Assembly (NCBI GenBank): GCA_951406725.2
Contig: OX597843.1
Span: 4,774,001 to 4,838,000, forward strand
Reading direction: 5' to 3'
Length of the DNA stretch: 64,000 nucleotides
From: Octopus vulgaris
Lineage: Eukaryota
This document shows positions 1 to 13,967 of the stretch, in pieces. Within the stretch, counting starts at the first letter, position 1, and each line of letters opens with the position of its first letter. The notes under the pieces were generated by a model, which made no database searches, was not told the DNA's origin, and worked only from the letters and a program-made list of their open reading frames with translations. Made by a program: the position numbers and the translations under genes.

Positions 1-247
1 GTCTGTCTGGATCAGGACTGACCTGGGGCTAAACAACAAGGAAGGACACATTAGATAATGTAGTCCTAGGTACACTATGCCTGAATAAAAGACAGGATGG
101 TCACAGCTGGAACATCTTCGATCATAGCTCTGCTGGATCAGGACTAACCAGGGGCTATATAACAACAACAAGGAAGGATACATTAAATAATGTAGTCCTA
201 GGTACACTATGCCTGAATCAAAGACAGGATGGTCACAGCTGGAACAA
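1..247 (+). repeat. Tandem minisatellite (~125-bp unit), same family as 4790-6143
   Basis: Two repeats of ggacacattagataatgtagtcctaggtacactatgcctgaataaaagacaggatggtcacagctggaac. Confidence 0.9.
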
Positions 248-303
248 TGGCAAATGTAAATAAATAAGTAAAAGATGAAAAAAAAAAAAAACAGGAATCT
301 TAC

Positions 304-496
304 CGTCTATAGAACAAATCTGATGGTTGGGCGTGTAAGGACTCGGTTGTAAGGTGACGTATGCACCTGACCGCTCCTTTATCTGTGAAATGGTCTTTCC
401 CTGCCGGCCGATTAGTCGCCCACATAAGTCCGAGGGGAAATAGAACTCATAGATCTTATTAGATGAGGCGTTTTGTACAGTGTCTTCACATTGTGG
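304..496 (-). CDS. AKAP1: AKAP1 KH-domain exon (193 nt, phase 0 to phase 1)
   Basis: Translates PQCEDTVQNASSNKIYEFYFPSDLCGRLIGRQGKTISQIKERSGAYVTLQPSPYTPNHQICSIDG, a type-I KH motif (GRLIGxxG) with the PYT..QIC.I.G tail typical of AKAP1. Acceptor ctctttccacag|, donor G|GTAAGA. Phase is compatible with the 12124 donor. Tudor-domain exons are expected beyond the left edge. Confidence 0.88.
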
Positions 497-623
497 CTGT
501 GGAAAGAGAGAGAGAGAGAGAGGGTGAGTCAGAGAGTGGAGGAGAGAGGGTAAGTCAGAGAGTGGGGGAAAGAGATAGGTAGTAAGCCAGAGAAAGGGAA
601 AAGAGGTGAAAGGAAAGAGAATA

Positions 624-857
624 CCTATTTCTTTACTACCCACAAGGGGCTAAACACAGAGGGGACAAACAAGGACAGACAAAGGGATTAAGTCTATTAC
701 ATCGACCCCAGTGCGTAACTGGTACTTTATTTATCGACCCCGAAATGATGAAAGGCAAAGTCGACCTCGGCGGAATTTGAACTCACAACGTAACGCAGAT
801 GAAATACCGCTAAGCATTTCGCTCGGCGTGCTAACGTTTCTGCCAGCTCGCCACCTT
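624..857 (-). mobile_element. tRNA-derived SINE (family C: ggcgagctggcagaa...gagttcaaattccgccgaggtcgactttgcctttcatc...)
   Basis: A/B-box-like head. Related copies at ~1116-1287, 11281-11550, 16821-17237, 31655-32065, 44712-44920, 51855-51995. Confidence 0.8.
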
Positions 858-1508
858 AAAGGAAAGAGAATACCGTAAGGCTACAATAGAAGACACTTGC
901 CCAAGGTGCCACGCAGTGGGACTGAACCCGGAACCATGTGGTTGGGAAGCAAGCTACTTACCACACAGCCACCCACTCCGCATTTTCCTCCAAAAATTTA
1001 AAGGTCAAAATCCCTAGTGCTGCACCAGGCTCCAATCTTGATCTGGCAGAGTTTCTACAGCTGGATGCCCTTCCTAACGCCAACCACTCCGAGAGTGTAG
1101 TGGCAACGGCCTAATTCATCTGCCGTCATGTTCTGAGTTCAAATTCCGCCGAGGTTGACTTTGCCTTTCATCCTTTCGAGGTCGATAAATTAAGTACCAG
1201 TTGCGCACTGGGGTCGATGTAATCGACTTAATCCGTTTGTTTGTCCCCTCTATGTTTAGCCCCTTGTGGGCAATAAAGAAATAGGTACTGGCAACGGCCA
1301 TGCTCAAATGGTGCTTTTTACGTGCCACCTGCACAGGAGCCAGTCCAGCGGCACTGGCAACGACCTCACTCGAATGTTTTTTCACATGTCACTGGCACAA
1401 ATGCCTGTAAGGCGACGCTGGTGATGATCATGCTTGAATGGTGCTTCTTATGTGCCACCGGCACGTAAGCCAGTTAGGTGATACACAAGCAACTTATATA
1501 TATATTTT

Positions 1509-1660
1509 AGGAAAAACCCCAAACCAAGGCAGAATGAGTATCTTGAGTCACTTAGGATAATTTAATTAGGGTAAGGTGAATATAGACTTCAAGTCCACCC
1601 TAATTGAATTTTCCTAAATGACTGGAGATACTTGTTCTGCCTTGGTTTTTGTTTTTCCTC
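1509..1660. mobile_element. Small fold-back (hairpin) element in a (TA)n site
   Basis: ~60-bp imperfect inverted arms aaaccaaggcagaatgagtatcttgagtcacttaggataatttaattagggt / accctaattgaattttcctaaatgactggagatacttgttctgccttggttt, with TA repeats on both sides. Confidence 0.75.
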
Positions 1661-1667
1661 TTATATA

Positions 1668-2124
1668 TATGATGATGGCCGTCCACTCGTGACCGAGGAA
1701 GACCATTGCCGACCTCCAGGAACATTGTGCGCTCTAGGAGTAACTTATATTTTGCATTTGCGGCTCCGTTGGTGGCTAATGAGCCATGCTCTTGACAAGC
1801 ATACACGACTGCAAACATTGCAGACCAAGCTTTCCCCATTCACTATACGAGCCGTGCACTTTTGCGCAGCTCGCTTAAGTTCTTCATGCTGGATACCTGC
1901 TCTCTCAAAAGTGTCGATCCCCTCCTTAACCTGCTTCCTCCATCTGTGGCGATGACAGGCATTGTTCTCCCAGTCAATGTCCTGCATATCAAAAGCCTTT
2001 AATGAGGACTTGACACAGTCCTTAAATCGCAGCCTTGGTTTCTGCTGGAGTCTCCTTCCATTCACAAGTTCTCCATAGAGCATCTGCTTAGGAATCCTTC
2101 TATCCTCCATTCTAATAAGGAACA
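1668..2124 (-). mobile_element. RTE-clade LINE, 5'-truncated 3' end
   Basis: [16 protein letters not shown]...[11 protein letters not shown]...W...R.RWR..V, the typical RTE/BovB C-terminus, followed by a C2H2-like finger CNVCSRVCLSRAWLISHQR. Confidence 0.85.
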
Positions 2125-2131
2125 TACATAC

Positions 2132-2208
<77 letters not shown>

Positions 2209-2283
2209 CATATATATACATATATATATACATATATATACATATATATATACATATATATATTTATATATATATATATATAC

Positions 2284-2335
<52 letters not shown>

Positions 2336-2420
2336 ATATACATGCTATAACTGGACCCTAACGCAGATCCCTAGACCCAGACCTAATGGTTGACCAACTA
2401 TAGCTCTTACCTAGCGGGTC

Positions 2421-2463
<43 letters not shown>

Positions 2464-2930
2464 ATATACATATGCTTACATGTGCATGTATGTATATTTA
2501 TACATTTGTTTATGTGTGTGAGTGTATATGTGAGAGTATATGTGTGTGTGTGTGTGTATGTCTGTATGTGTTTGTGTGTGTGTATGTGTGTATGTATATG
2601 TGTGTGTGTATACGTGTGTGTGTATACGTGTGTGTATACATGTGTGTATACATGTGTGTGTATGTATATGTATGTGTGCATATGTGTGTGTGTATACGTG
2701 TGTATACATGTGTGTGTGTATACGTGTGTATACATGTGTGTGTGTATACGTGTTTGTATGTGTGTGCATGTGTGTATGTGTGCGTATACATGTGTGCGTA
2801 TACATGTGCGTATACGTGTGTGTATACGAGTGTGTGTGTGTATACATGTGTGTGTATATGTGTGTCTGTACATGTGTGTGCATATAAGCGTGTGTGTGTG
2901 TGTGTGTGTGCCTATTTATATACACGTGTA

Positions 2931-2966
<36 letters not shown>

Positions 2967-3251
2967 CTCGTGTGCGTGTCACTTTTCTGCCCTACATACA
3001 CAACAACAACAACAACACGTGATTGCTCCCTCCCTCCCGTTCCCCCCCCACCCCGTCCTCCTTGATTACTTAACAACGATCAACAACCTAGAAACGGCTC
3101 CACCCATGACCTCCCGCCCTCACACACGTCAAAGCAGGTGTCGACTGTCAACAACAGAGAAGGGCTGGCAGCAATCAATGGCAGCGATGGTGGTGGTTGC
3201 AGTGGTATTCCTCAACATTCCACCACATTACATCAGCCACTCAGAGAAATA

Positions 3252-3521
3252 CCAACAACAACAACAACACTAGTAGCAGTAGTAGCAGCAGCAGCAGTAG
3301 TAGTAGTTGTAGAAGTAGTGGTGGTGGTGGTGGTGGTGGTAGTAGTAGTAGTAGTAGTTGTAGTAGTGGTGGTGGTAGTAGTAGTAGTTGTAGTAGTAGT
3401 AGTTGTAGTAGTGGTGGTGGTAGTAGTAGTGGTGGTGGGGGTAGTAATAGTAGTGGTGGTGGTGGTGGTGGTAGTAGTAGTAGTGGTGGTGGTGGTGGTG
3501 GTAGTAGTTGTAGTAGTAGTT

Positions 3522-3559
<38 letters not shown>

Positions 3560-3785
3560 TGTAGTAGTGGTGGTGGTAGTAGTAGTGGTGGTGGGGGTAG
3601 TAATAGTAGTAGTGGTGGTGGTGGTGGTAGTAGTGGTTGTAGTAGTAGTAGTTGTAGTAGTGGTGGTGGTAGTAGTAGTAGTTGTAGTAGTAGTAGTTGT
3701 AGTGGTGGTGGTGGTAGTAGTGGTTGTAGTAGTAGTAGTTGTAGTAGTGGTGGTGGTAGTAGTAGTAGTTGTAGTAGTGGTGGTG

Positions 3786-3817
<32 letters not shown>

Positions 3818-4049
3818 GGTGGTGGTGGTGGTAGTAGTAGTAGTTGTAGTAGTGGTGGTGGTAGTAGTAGTAGTTGTAGTAGTAGTAGTTGTAGTAGTGG
3901 TGGTGGTAGTAGTAGTAGTTGTAGTAGTAGTAGTTGTAGTAGTGGTGGTGGTAGTAGTAGTAGTTGTAGTAGTGGTGGTGGTAGTAGTGGTGGTGGTAGT
4001 AGTAGTGGTGGTGGGGGTAGTAATAGTAGTGGTGGTAGTAGTAGTAGTT

Positions 4050-4081
<32 letters not shown>

Positions 4082-4111
4082 GTAGTAGTAGTAGTTGTAG
4101 TAGTGGTGGTG

Positions 4112-4143
<32 letters not shown>

Positions 4144-4640
4144 GGTGGTGGGGGTAGTAATAGTAGTAGTAGTGGTGGTGGTGGTGGTAGTAGTGGTTGT
4201 AGTAGTAGTTTTGGTGGTGGCATTTAATTGTACTGGTGTTCGTAGTGGTAGTAGTACTGTAGTACAGGTGGTGGTAGTAGTGGTTGTATTAATCGTGGTG
4301 GTAGTGGTTATAGTGATTGTAGTAGTAATAGTAGTAGTATTAGAGTTAGTGGTGGTAGTGGTTATAGTAGTAGTGTTGGTTGTGGTGGTAGTAGTGGTTA
4401 TAGTAGTAATATTAGTGGTAGTAGTGTTGGTTGTGGTGGTAGTGGTTATAGTAGTAGTGTTGGTTGTGGTAGTAGTAATAGTGTTGGTTGTGGTGGTGGT
4501 AGTAGTTATGGTGCTAACATTAGTGGTGATGGTCTTGGTAGTAGTCGTAGTAGTGATGGTAGTAACAGCAGCCAGTGGTTGTCATGGTAGGGGTAACAGT
4601 AGTAGTGGTGGCGGTGGTGGTGGTGGCAGCAGTGGTGTTG
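3252..4640. repeat. Compound trinucleotide microsatellite (GTA/GTG/GTT)n
   Basis: Seen directly; source of the poly-V/S/G/Y/H pseudo-ORFs. Confidence 0.95.
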
Positions 4641-4789
4641 TTTACGTTTTGACAAGGAAGATAAAAGTCTGACGTAATTCATAACAGAGAAGTAAACAAC
4701 AACATCAACAACAACAACAATTCTAGGATTCCAAGACCCAAAAGTCTTCGACTGGAAATAGAAGCCGAAAGATTCCTCAAATCACAAAC

Positions 4790-6143
4790 TGTTGTATCTA
4801 AAATAGAAAGGACACATTAGGTAATGTAGTCCTAGATACACTATGCCTGAATAAAAGACGGGATGGTCACAGCTGGAATATCTTTGATCATAGGTCTGCT
4901 AGATCAGGCCTGACCTGTGGCTAAACAACAGAAACAAGGAAGGACACATTAGGTAATGTAGTCCTAGATACACTATGCCTGAATAAAAGACAGGATGGTC
5001 ACAGCTGGAATATCCTTGATCATAGGTCTACTGACCTGTGGCTAAACAACAGAAACAAGGAAGGACACATTAGGTAATGTAGTCCTAGATACACTATGCC
5101 TGAATAAAAGACAGGATGGTCACAGCTGGAATATCCTTGATCATAGGTCTACTGGATCAGGACTGACCTGGGGCTAAACAATAAGGAAGGACACATTAGA
5201 TAATGTAGTCCTAGATACACTATGCCTGAATAAAAGACGGGATGGTCACAGCTGGAACATCTTTGATCATAGGTCTGTCTGGATCAGGACTGACCTGGGG
5301 CTAAACCAAGAAGGATACATTAAATAATGTAGTCCTAGGTACACTATGCCTGAATAAAAGACGGGATGGTCACAGCTGGAACATCTTTGATCATAGGTCT
5401 GTCTGGATCAGGACTGACCTGGGGCTAAACAGAAACAAGGAAGGAACATTAGATAATGTAGTCCTAGATACACTATGCCTGAATAAAAGACAGGATGGCC
5501 GCAGCTGGAACATCTTTGATCATAGGTCTGTCTGGATCAGGACTGACCTGGGGCTAAACAGAAACAAGGAAGGAACATTAGATAATGTAGTCCTAGATAC
5601 ACTATGCCTGAATAAAAGACAGGATGGTCACAACTGGAAGATCTTTGATCACAGGTCTGCTGGATCAGGACAGACCTGGGGCTAAACCAAGAAGGATACA
5701 TTAAATAATGTAGTCCTAGGTACACTATGCCTGAATAAAAGACAGGATGGCCACAGCTGGAACATCTTTGATCATAAGTCTACTGGATCAGGACTGACCT
5801 GGGGCTAAACAACAAGGAAGGACACATTAGATAATGTAGTCCTAGATACACTATGCCTGAATCAAAGACATGATGGTCACAGCTGGAACATCTTTGATCA
5901 TAGGTCTGACTGGATCAGGACTGACCTGGGGCTAAACAACAAGGAAGGACACATTAGATAATGTAGTCCTAGATACACTATGCCTGAATCAAAGACATGA
6001 TGGTCACAGCTGGAACATCTTTGATCATAGGTCTGACTGGATCAGGACTGACCTGGGGCTAAACAACAAGGAAGGACACATTAGATAATGTAGTCCTAGA
6101 TACACTATGCCTGAATAAAAGACAGGATGGTCACAGCTGGAAT
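4790..6143 (+). repeat. Tandem minisatellite, ~11 copies of a ~120-130 bp unit derived from a dispersed-repeat 3' end
   Basis: Unit starts near 4810, 4942, 5063, 5189, 5312, 5443, 5572, 5694, 5820, 5947, 6074. Diverged monomers near 16700-16820, 20210-20385, 23900-24060. Confidence 0.92.
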
Positions 6144-6399
6144 CCCTAACTGTGACAGAATATGATGCGTGTGTGTGTGTGTGTGTGTGGCACAGAATGT
6201 ATAATATAAACCTGCACACTTGAAAAGTCAATGTTCTCGTTTAATGTTACTTCCCCCACCTGTCCCACACGCACCTTTGCTGGACAGGTGTCTCAATGTG
6301 CACAACACCTGCACACACACACACACACAAAGCGTGTGCATATGCGTATCGTTTACCTTTTACTGGATTCAATCATTAGACTGCGGCTATGCTGGGGCA

Positions 6400-7540
6400 T
6401 AGGTCTTTACCTCAATGAGGCCAAGGCTGAATATATAAACAAGTGCCTGTCCAACAGTGATTGCATCATCCATACTCTCAACAATACGCCCTTAAATATG
6501 GTTTCTGATTACAAATATCTTGGGTCATACATATCATCATCTGGAAAAGATTTTCTAACTAGAAAGGGTATGGCCTGGTCAGCCTGTAATGACATGCATA
6601 AGATCTGGTCATCAAATCTAAGTAGAGACTTCAAACTTGAAATCTTCAAAGCCACAGTCGAACCAATTCTACTCTATGGCTCAGAAACCTGGACGTTATC
6701 AAAGAAGCTTGAGAGGCGGTTGGATGGAACCTACACTCGCCTCCTTATGAGAGCTCAAAATCTCTCGTGGAAGCGCCATCCAACCAAAATGCAAATATAT
6801 GGGAAACTACCACCTGTGTCATCTCTTGTGAAAGGTAGGAGAGTCCAGTTTGCTGGACATTGTTGTAGAGCTGAAAAAGAGGTAATTTCTACTCTTCTCC
6901 TCTGGAAGCCATCTACTCGCAATACCAGAGGGCGCACACTCTTCGAGAGGTGATTGGATGGAACCTACACTCGCCTCCTTATGAGAGCTCAAAATCTCTC
7001 GTGGAAGCGCCATCCAACCAAAATGCAAATATATGGAAAACTACCACCTGTGTCATCTCTTGTGAAAGGTAGGAGAGTCCAGTTTGCTGGACATTGTTGT
7101 AGAGCTGAAAACAAGGTAATTTCTACTCTTCTCCTCTGGAAGCCATCTACTCGCAATACCAGAGGGCGCACACTCTTCGAGAGGTGATTGGATGGAACCT
7201 ACACTCGCCTCCTTATGAGAGCTCAAAATCTCTCGTGGAAGCGCCATCCAACCAAAATGCAAATATATGGGAAACTACCACCTGTGTCATCTCTTGTGAA
7301 AGGTAGGAGAGTCAAGTTTGCTGGACATTGTTGTAGAGCTGAAAAAGAGGTAATTTCTCCTCTTCTCCTCTGGAAGCCATCTACTCGCAATACCAGAGGG
7401 CGCACACTCTCCTACCCTGATGTAATCTCCAGGGATACAGGCATCCAGCAACAGGACCTCCGTAATGCCATGATGGACCGTGAAGTCTGGCGTAGCATGG
7501 TAAATTCCATTGTCTTGACCACGGTCGAACAATGATGATG
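6400..7540 (+). mobile_element. RTE-type LINE 3' end with an internal 234-bp triplication
   Basis: YKYLGS...AWSACNDMHKIW...VEPILLYGSETWTL...FAGHC...DREVWR motifs of the non-LTR RT C-terminus; short (ATG)n tail at 7531-7540. Confidence 0.88.
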
Positions 7541-7709
7541 CGGCAAAAAAATGAACACAGATCATGTATAAGTCTACAGGCTTTGTATGTGGGTGTATGT
7601 GTATTGGCCATTCACGTGTATGGGTACGAGTGCATGCGTGTGCACGAGTGTGTGTATATATAAATGTAAACACGTTTTTTTTTCCTTTTTTAGAAGTATC
7701 AAACGATAT

Positions 7710-7948
7710 TCTTTTACTTGTTTCAGTCATTTGACTGCGGCCATGCTGGAGCACTACCTTTAGTCGAGCAAATCGACCCCCAGGACTTATTCTTTGTAAG
7801 CCTAGTACTTATTCTATCGGTCTCTCTTGCCGAACCGCTAAGTGACGGGGACGTAAACACACCAGCATCAGTTGTCAAGCAATGCTAGGGGGACAAACAC
7901 AGACACACAAACACAGACACACAAACACATACACACATACATACATAC

Positions 7949-7981
<33 letters not shown>

Positions 7982-8140
7982 TACGACGGCCTTCCTTCTG
8001 GTTCCGCCTACCAAATCCACTCACAAAGCTTTGGTCGGTCCGGGGCTATAGTAGAAGACACTTGCCCAAGATGCCACACAGGAGGACTGAACCCAGAAAC
8101 ATGTGGTTGGTTAGCAAGCTACTTACCACACAGCCACTCC
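7710..8140 (-). mobile_element. tRNA-derived SINE (family A) with internal (TA)n/(TG)n
   Basis: Reverse complement of ggagtggctgtgtggtaagtagcttgct...gggttcagtccc...gactgaaacaagtaaaaga. Other minus copies at ~23093-23472, 25955-26308, 30088-30525, 40530-40923, 43970-44515, 61905-62331. Confidence 0.85.
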
Positions 8141-8155
8141 TATATATATATATAT

Positions 8156-8810
8156 ATCATCATCGTTTAGCGTCCGCTTTCCATGCTAGCATGGGTTGGA
8201 CGGGTCAACTGGGGTCTGTGAAGCTGGAAGGCTTCGTCAGGCCCAGTCAGATCTGGCAGTGTTTCTACGGCTGGATGCCCTTCCTAACGCCAACCACTCC
8301 GCGAGTGTAGTGGGTGTTTTTTACGTGCCACCTGCACAGGTGCCAGACAGAGCTGGCGAACGGCCACGAACGGATGGTGCTTTTACGTGTCACCGGCACG
8401 GGGCCAGGCGATGCTGGCAACGGACACGAACGGATGGTGCTTTTACGTGCCACCAACACAGGGGCCAGACAGAGCTGGCAAACGGCCACGAACGGACGGT
8501 GCTTTTACGTGTCACCGGCACGGGGGCCAGCCGAGGCTGGCAACGGACACGAACGGATGGTGCTTTTACGTGCCACCGACACGGTTGCCAGACAGAGCTG
8601 GCAAACGGCCATGAGCGGACGGTGCTTTTACGTGTCACCGGCACGGGGGCCAGCCGAGGCTGGCAACGGACACGAATGGATGGTGCTTTTACGTGCCACC
8701 GACACGGTTGCCAGACAGAGCTGGCAAACGGCCATGAGCGGACGGTGCTTTTACGTGTCACCGGCACGGGTGCCAGACGAGGCTGACAGCGGACACGAAC
8801 GGATGGGTCA
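8156..8810 (-). mobile_element. SINE/LINE-tail repeat (family B, (ATG)n tail) with expanded ~59-bp GC-rich internal tandem repeat
   Basis: catcatcgtttagcgtccgctttccatgctagcatgggttgga... Related copies at ~10693-11120, 24125-24510, 48523-48825, 62335-62700 and inverted at ~55130-55292, 58597-58763, 63866-64000. Confidence 0.8.
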
Positions 8811-8821
8811 CATAACCCCTG

Positions 8822-10179
<1,358 letters not shown>

Positions 10180-11552
10180 CGGGCTTCTTTCGGTTTCCAT
10201 CTACCAAATCCACTCACAAGGCTTTGGTCAACCCGAGGCTATAGTAGAAGACACTTGCCCAAGGTGCCACGCAGGGGGACGGAACCCAGAAACATGTGGT
10301 TGGTAAGCAAGCTACTTACCACACAGCCACTCCAGAACGTAAAGACTGATGAAATACCACCAAACATTTCACCAAGCATGCTAACGATTCTGCCAGCTCA
10401 CTGCCCTATATACATATAAAAATATATTCCAAGTGTGTATGTGTGTGTAATGACTACGTGCTAAATGAGCTTAGGTCGAGTCAAGTATAACGAACCACTC
10501 CATACTGTCAGTAGAGAAGTGGAGTGAAGACTGGTTAGTTTGTCCTGGCATCGAGTTGGACAAGTTGTAATAATGAAGTGAAACCAAATAGCTGTAAAAA
10601 CCAGGCCAAGTCAGACTGGAGTCTGGTGGTGCTTCCCAGCTTGCCAGCCCTGGTCAAACTGCCCAACCTATACCAGCATGGACAATGGACGTTCATCATC
10701 ATCATCATTGTTTAATGTCCGTTTTCCGTGCTAGCATGGGTTGGACGGTTCGACCGGGGATCTGGGAAGCCAGAAGGCTGCACCAGGCTCCAGTCATCAT
10801 CGTTTAGCGTTTGTTTTCCATGCTAGCATGGGTTGGACGGTTCGACCGGGGCTCTGTGAAGCCAGAAGGCTGCACCAGGCTCCAGTCTTATCTGGCAGCG
10901 TTTCACTACAGCTGGAGATGCCCTTCTTAACGCCAACCACTCCGTGAGTGTAGTGGGTGCTTTTTACGTGCCACCCGCACAGGTGCCAAGCGAGGCTGGC
11001 AACAGCCACGGTCGGATTGGTGCATTTTATGTGCCACCTGCACGGAAGCCAATCGAGGTGGCACTGGCTTCGGCTATGATTCAGATGGTGCTTTTTACGC
11101 GCCACCGGCACGGAAGCCAGTCGTTAAAGGATGAAAATGAAACACTAGGGTTGATGTAATCAACAATTCCCTTCTCCACAAATTTCAGGCCTTGTGCCTA
11201 TAGTAGAAAAGATTATCATCATCATCATCATTGCTCAGTTAAAGACGATACAAATAAAGTCGACCTCGGCGGAATTTGAACTCCGAGGTCGACTTTGCCT
11301 TTCATCCTTTCGGGGTCGATAAATTAAGTACCAGTTACGCACTGAGGTCGATATAATCGACTTAAACCCTTTGTCTGTCCTTGTTTGTCCCCTCTATGTT
11401 TAGCCCCTTGTGGGTAGTAAAGAAATAGGTATTTCGTCTCTCTTTACGTTCTGTGTTCAAATTCTGCCGAGGTCGACTTTGCCTTTCATCCTTTCGGGGT
11501 CGATAAATTAAGTACCAGTTACGCATTGGAGGTCGATATAATCGACTTAATA

Positions 11553-11717
11553 GGCGCAGGAGTGGCTGTGTGGTAAGTAGCTTGTTAACCAACCACATGG
11601 TTCTGGGTTCAGTCCCACTGCGTGGCATCTTGGGCAAGTGTCTTCTACTATAGCCTCGGGCCAACCAAAGCCTTGTGAGTGGATTTGGTAGACGGAAACT
11701 GAAAGAAGCCTGTCGTA

Positions 11718-11782
<65 letters not shown>

Positions 11783-11990
11783 CTGTGTTTGTACCCCTAG
11801 CATTGCTTGACAACCGATGCTGGTGTGTTTACGTCCCTGTTACTTAGCGGTTCGGCAAAAGAGACCGATAGAATAAGTACTGGGCTTACAAAGAATAAGT
11901 CCCGGGGTCGATTTGCTCAACTAAAGGCGGTGCTCCAGCATGGCCGCAGTCAAATGACTGAAACAAGTAAAAGAGTAAAAGAGTAAAGAG
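11553..11990 (+). mobile_element. Full-length family-A tRNA-derived SINE
   Basis: GGCGCAGGAGTGGCTGTGTGG (A box), GGTTCAGTCCC (B box), (GAGTAAAA)n tail. Similar plus copies at ~26851-27250, 32428-32797, 39396-39803, 42133-42550, 52632-53030, 55822-56200, 59796-60215. Confidence 0.88.
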
Positions 11991-12123
11991 TATGTCTGTC
12001 CTTGTGGGTAGCAAAGAAATAGGAGAGGGGGAGAGAGAGAGAGAGAGAGAGATGAGAGCACTTTAAGGCAAGGAATGAGCTAGAAATAGCAGCAACGGAG
12101 AGAAAAAGAAAAAATTTACTTAC

Positions 12124-13930
12124 AACATTGGTAAAATCACAGCTTGGCGAAGAATTCGACTGGAAATTCGAATCTGGAGGCACAAAAGTAGCAGCGTTGT
12201 ACTCCAATTTGCTACTGGAACCAGTTTGGTTAGCTTTGCTGCCATCTTGAGGTACGCAGTGGTCAGTTACATCACAGTTCGCAGTATTATCTACAAGGTT
12301 GCTTTGTACCATCTCCCCCTCTTCTTCTTCTTGTTCTTCTTCTTCTGGTAATGTAGTCCCAGAATGTCCTGCATCGGGGGCTTCTTCACCAACGCTGCTA
12401 ATGTTGCTAGCCACAGCGGAATGGTCGGTCTTGCTCAACGTTTCATCGTGGCCATCACCCTTGATGTCATTGTTGTCGCGGCCACCACTCTTGCTGTCAT
12501 TGTTACCGCCGCTCTGAAGCTGCTGCTCGTGCGTGATTCCGTCCATATTCTGATCGGAACTGCCAAACGATGAAGAGTCACCAGCACCTACGTCTCTGCC
12601 ACAAAGCTCGACCGATGTGCCACTCTCCTTAGAATTTTCGCTGGCAGTTTCTGTTGTGCTTGTCAGAAGAAGGCTTTCCGAGATCAGACTTTCACCCTTG
12701 GATGAATCCACCGCTCTTAAGTGATCCGCATCATCACTTTCAGGCCCTTTCAAATCACCCTCAGCCCCAGATTCTTCAGATTGGCACTGCACTGTTTCCA
12801 AATCACCCTCAGCCCCAGATTCTTCAGATCGGCACTGGACTGTCTCAGTTTCAAATTGCGTGGAATTTACCGGAAGAGATGAATATGAGGTGCTGCTTGA
12901 AGATTTAGTTACAGAATTCTCGGCTGCTGGGTCTCCCTTCTTTTGTTGGCGAAACGTCGGGGTCTGCGATAAACTCGACAGGTAGACATCGCCACTGCCG
13001 TCCGACTGGCCACCTTCGGACATCGATATGTCCCGGCTGTCATCATCTCCGGCGACTGGATCGCTCTCCATGCTCTCCGTTAAGACCTCCTTTTCAGATT
13101 CTGTCTCTGGGGGAGTGATGGATTTTGTTTCATGAAACAGCTCTTTAGCGCTTAGGAGCAAATTGTCCGTCGTCTCTCGCTTGGGGGTGCTTGTTTGTGT
13201 CGTCTCCGTGGACCCTCGGAGGCTTTCCAGCTCCCTTTTCAGTTTGCTGTCGTTTAGGGAATTCGACGCGAACACCGCAGATATGGCGTCCATGGACTTC
13301 ACCTGAGAGTACGAATCGACGTTCATCTTGTCTCCCTGCTTGCACAGGGTCTTGCCGACCTCGGTGACCTGTGCCGGAGAGTCAGAGTCAATGATGATGT
13401 CACCAATCTGGACAATTGAAGAGTCGCCCATGAACTCAGCAGAGCTGCTGCTGACCCGTTGAGAGTCATCCACAGCATTGACCTGTACATCCGACCCCAG
13501 AAGGTCATCGTCATCACCATCATAATCATCATCGTTATGATCGCTTGTATTTCTGTCAAACCCTGAGCTTCCTGACAGGCCCTGCGTTCCACTCAGTTCA
13601 GAGTCCTGTTGTTTGCTTCCACTGCGGACTTCATCGAAGGTGACCCACGTGTCCCCAACCCCAGCTGCAGCATCGGCAGCAGTGCTAAGGGTGTCTAATT
13701 TTGATGCTGACACACACGAGGCCTCCTGTCGACCCAACTCGCATTCCTGCGCCTCCGCTTTTTCTTCTTCTTCATCTTTGGTTTTACTTTCACTATGAGA
13801 CTCTGCACCAACATCTCCATGGCAACTGTGGCTGCTACTGGAAACCAACTCTTTCTCCTCCTCCTCCTCTGCTTCCACCTCCTCCTCAAGGTTCTTACCT
13901 AAGAGGACAAAAAAGGGATGGGATAAAAAA

Positions 13931-13967
<37 letters not shown>

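Noticed and set aside
497-643. N-terminal part of the 136-aa ORF
   Set aside because: Polypyrimidine tract of the intron upstream of the KH exon acceptor.
3040-3250. Unique island with a minus-strand acceptor-like ttgacag
   Set aside because: In-frame TAG follows and there is no good donor or recognisable peptide.
2062-4672. Long ORFs rich in YI, VC, HT, poly-V/S/G (also 8314-10217, 21698-22844, 42949-43643, 45475-47210, 50361-51215, 56110-57153, 58596-60049)
   Set aside because: Translations of microsatellites, open in several frames, with no domains or splice structure.
4790-6143. CRISPR-like regular repeats (also 33205-33720)
   Set aside because: No unique spacers, eukaryotic context, no cas genes.
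6275-6308. Possible 34-nt AKAP1 micro-exon (tgcag|GTGTTG...CAAAG|gtgcgt, minus strand)
   Set aside because: Not frame-compatible with the flanking phase-0 junctions, and the pyrimidine tract is poor.
11950-12123. C-terminal extension of the 928-aa ORF
   Set aside because: Read-through past the GTAAGT donor into intronic (CT)n and a SINE tail.
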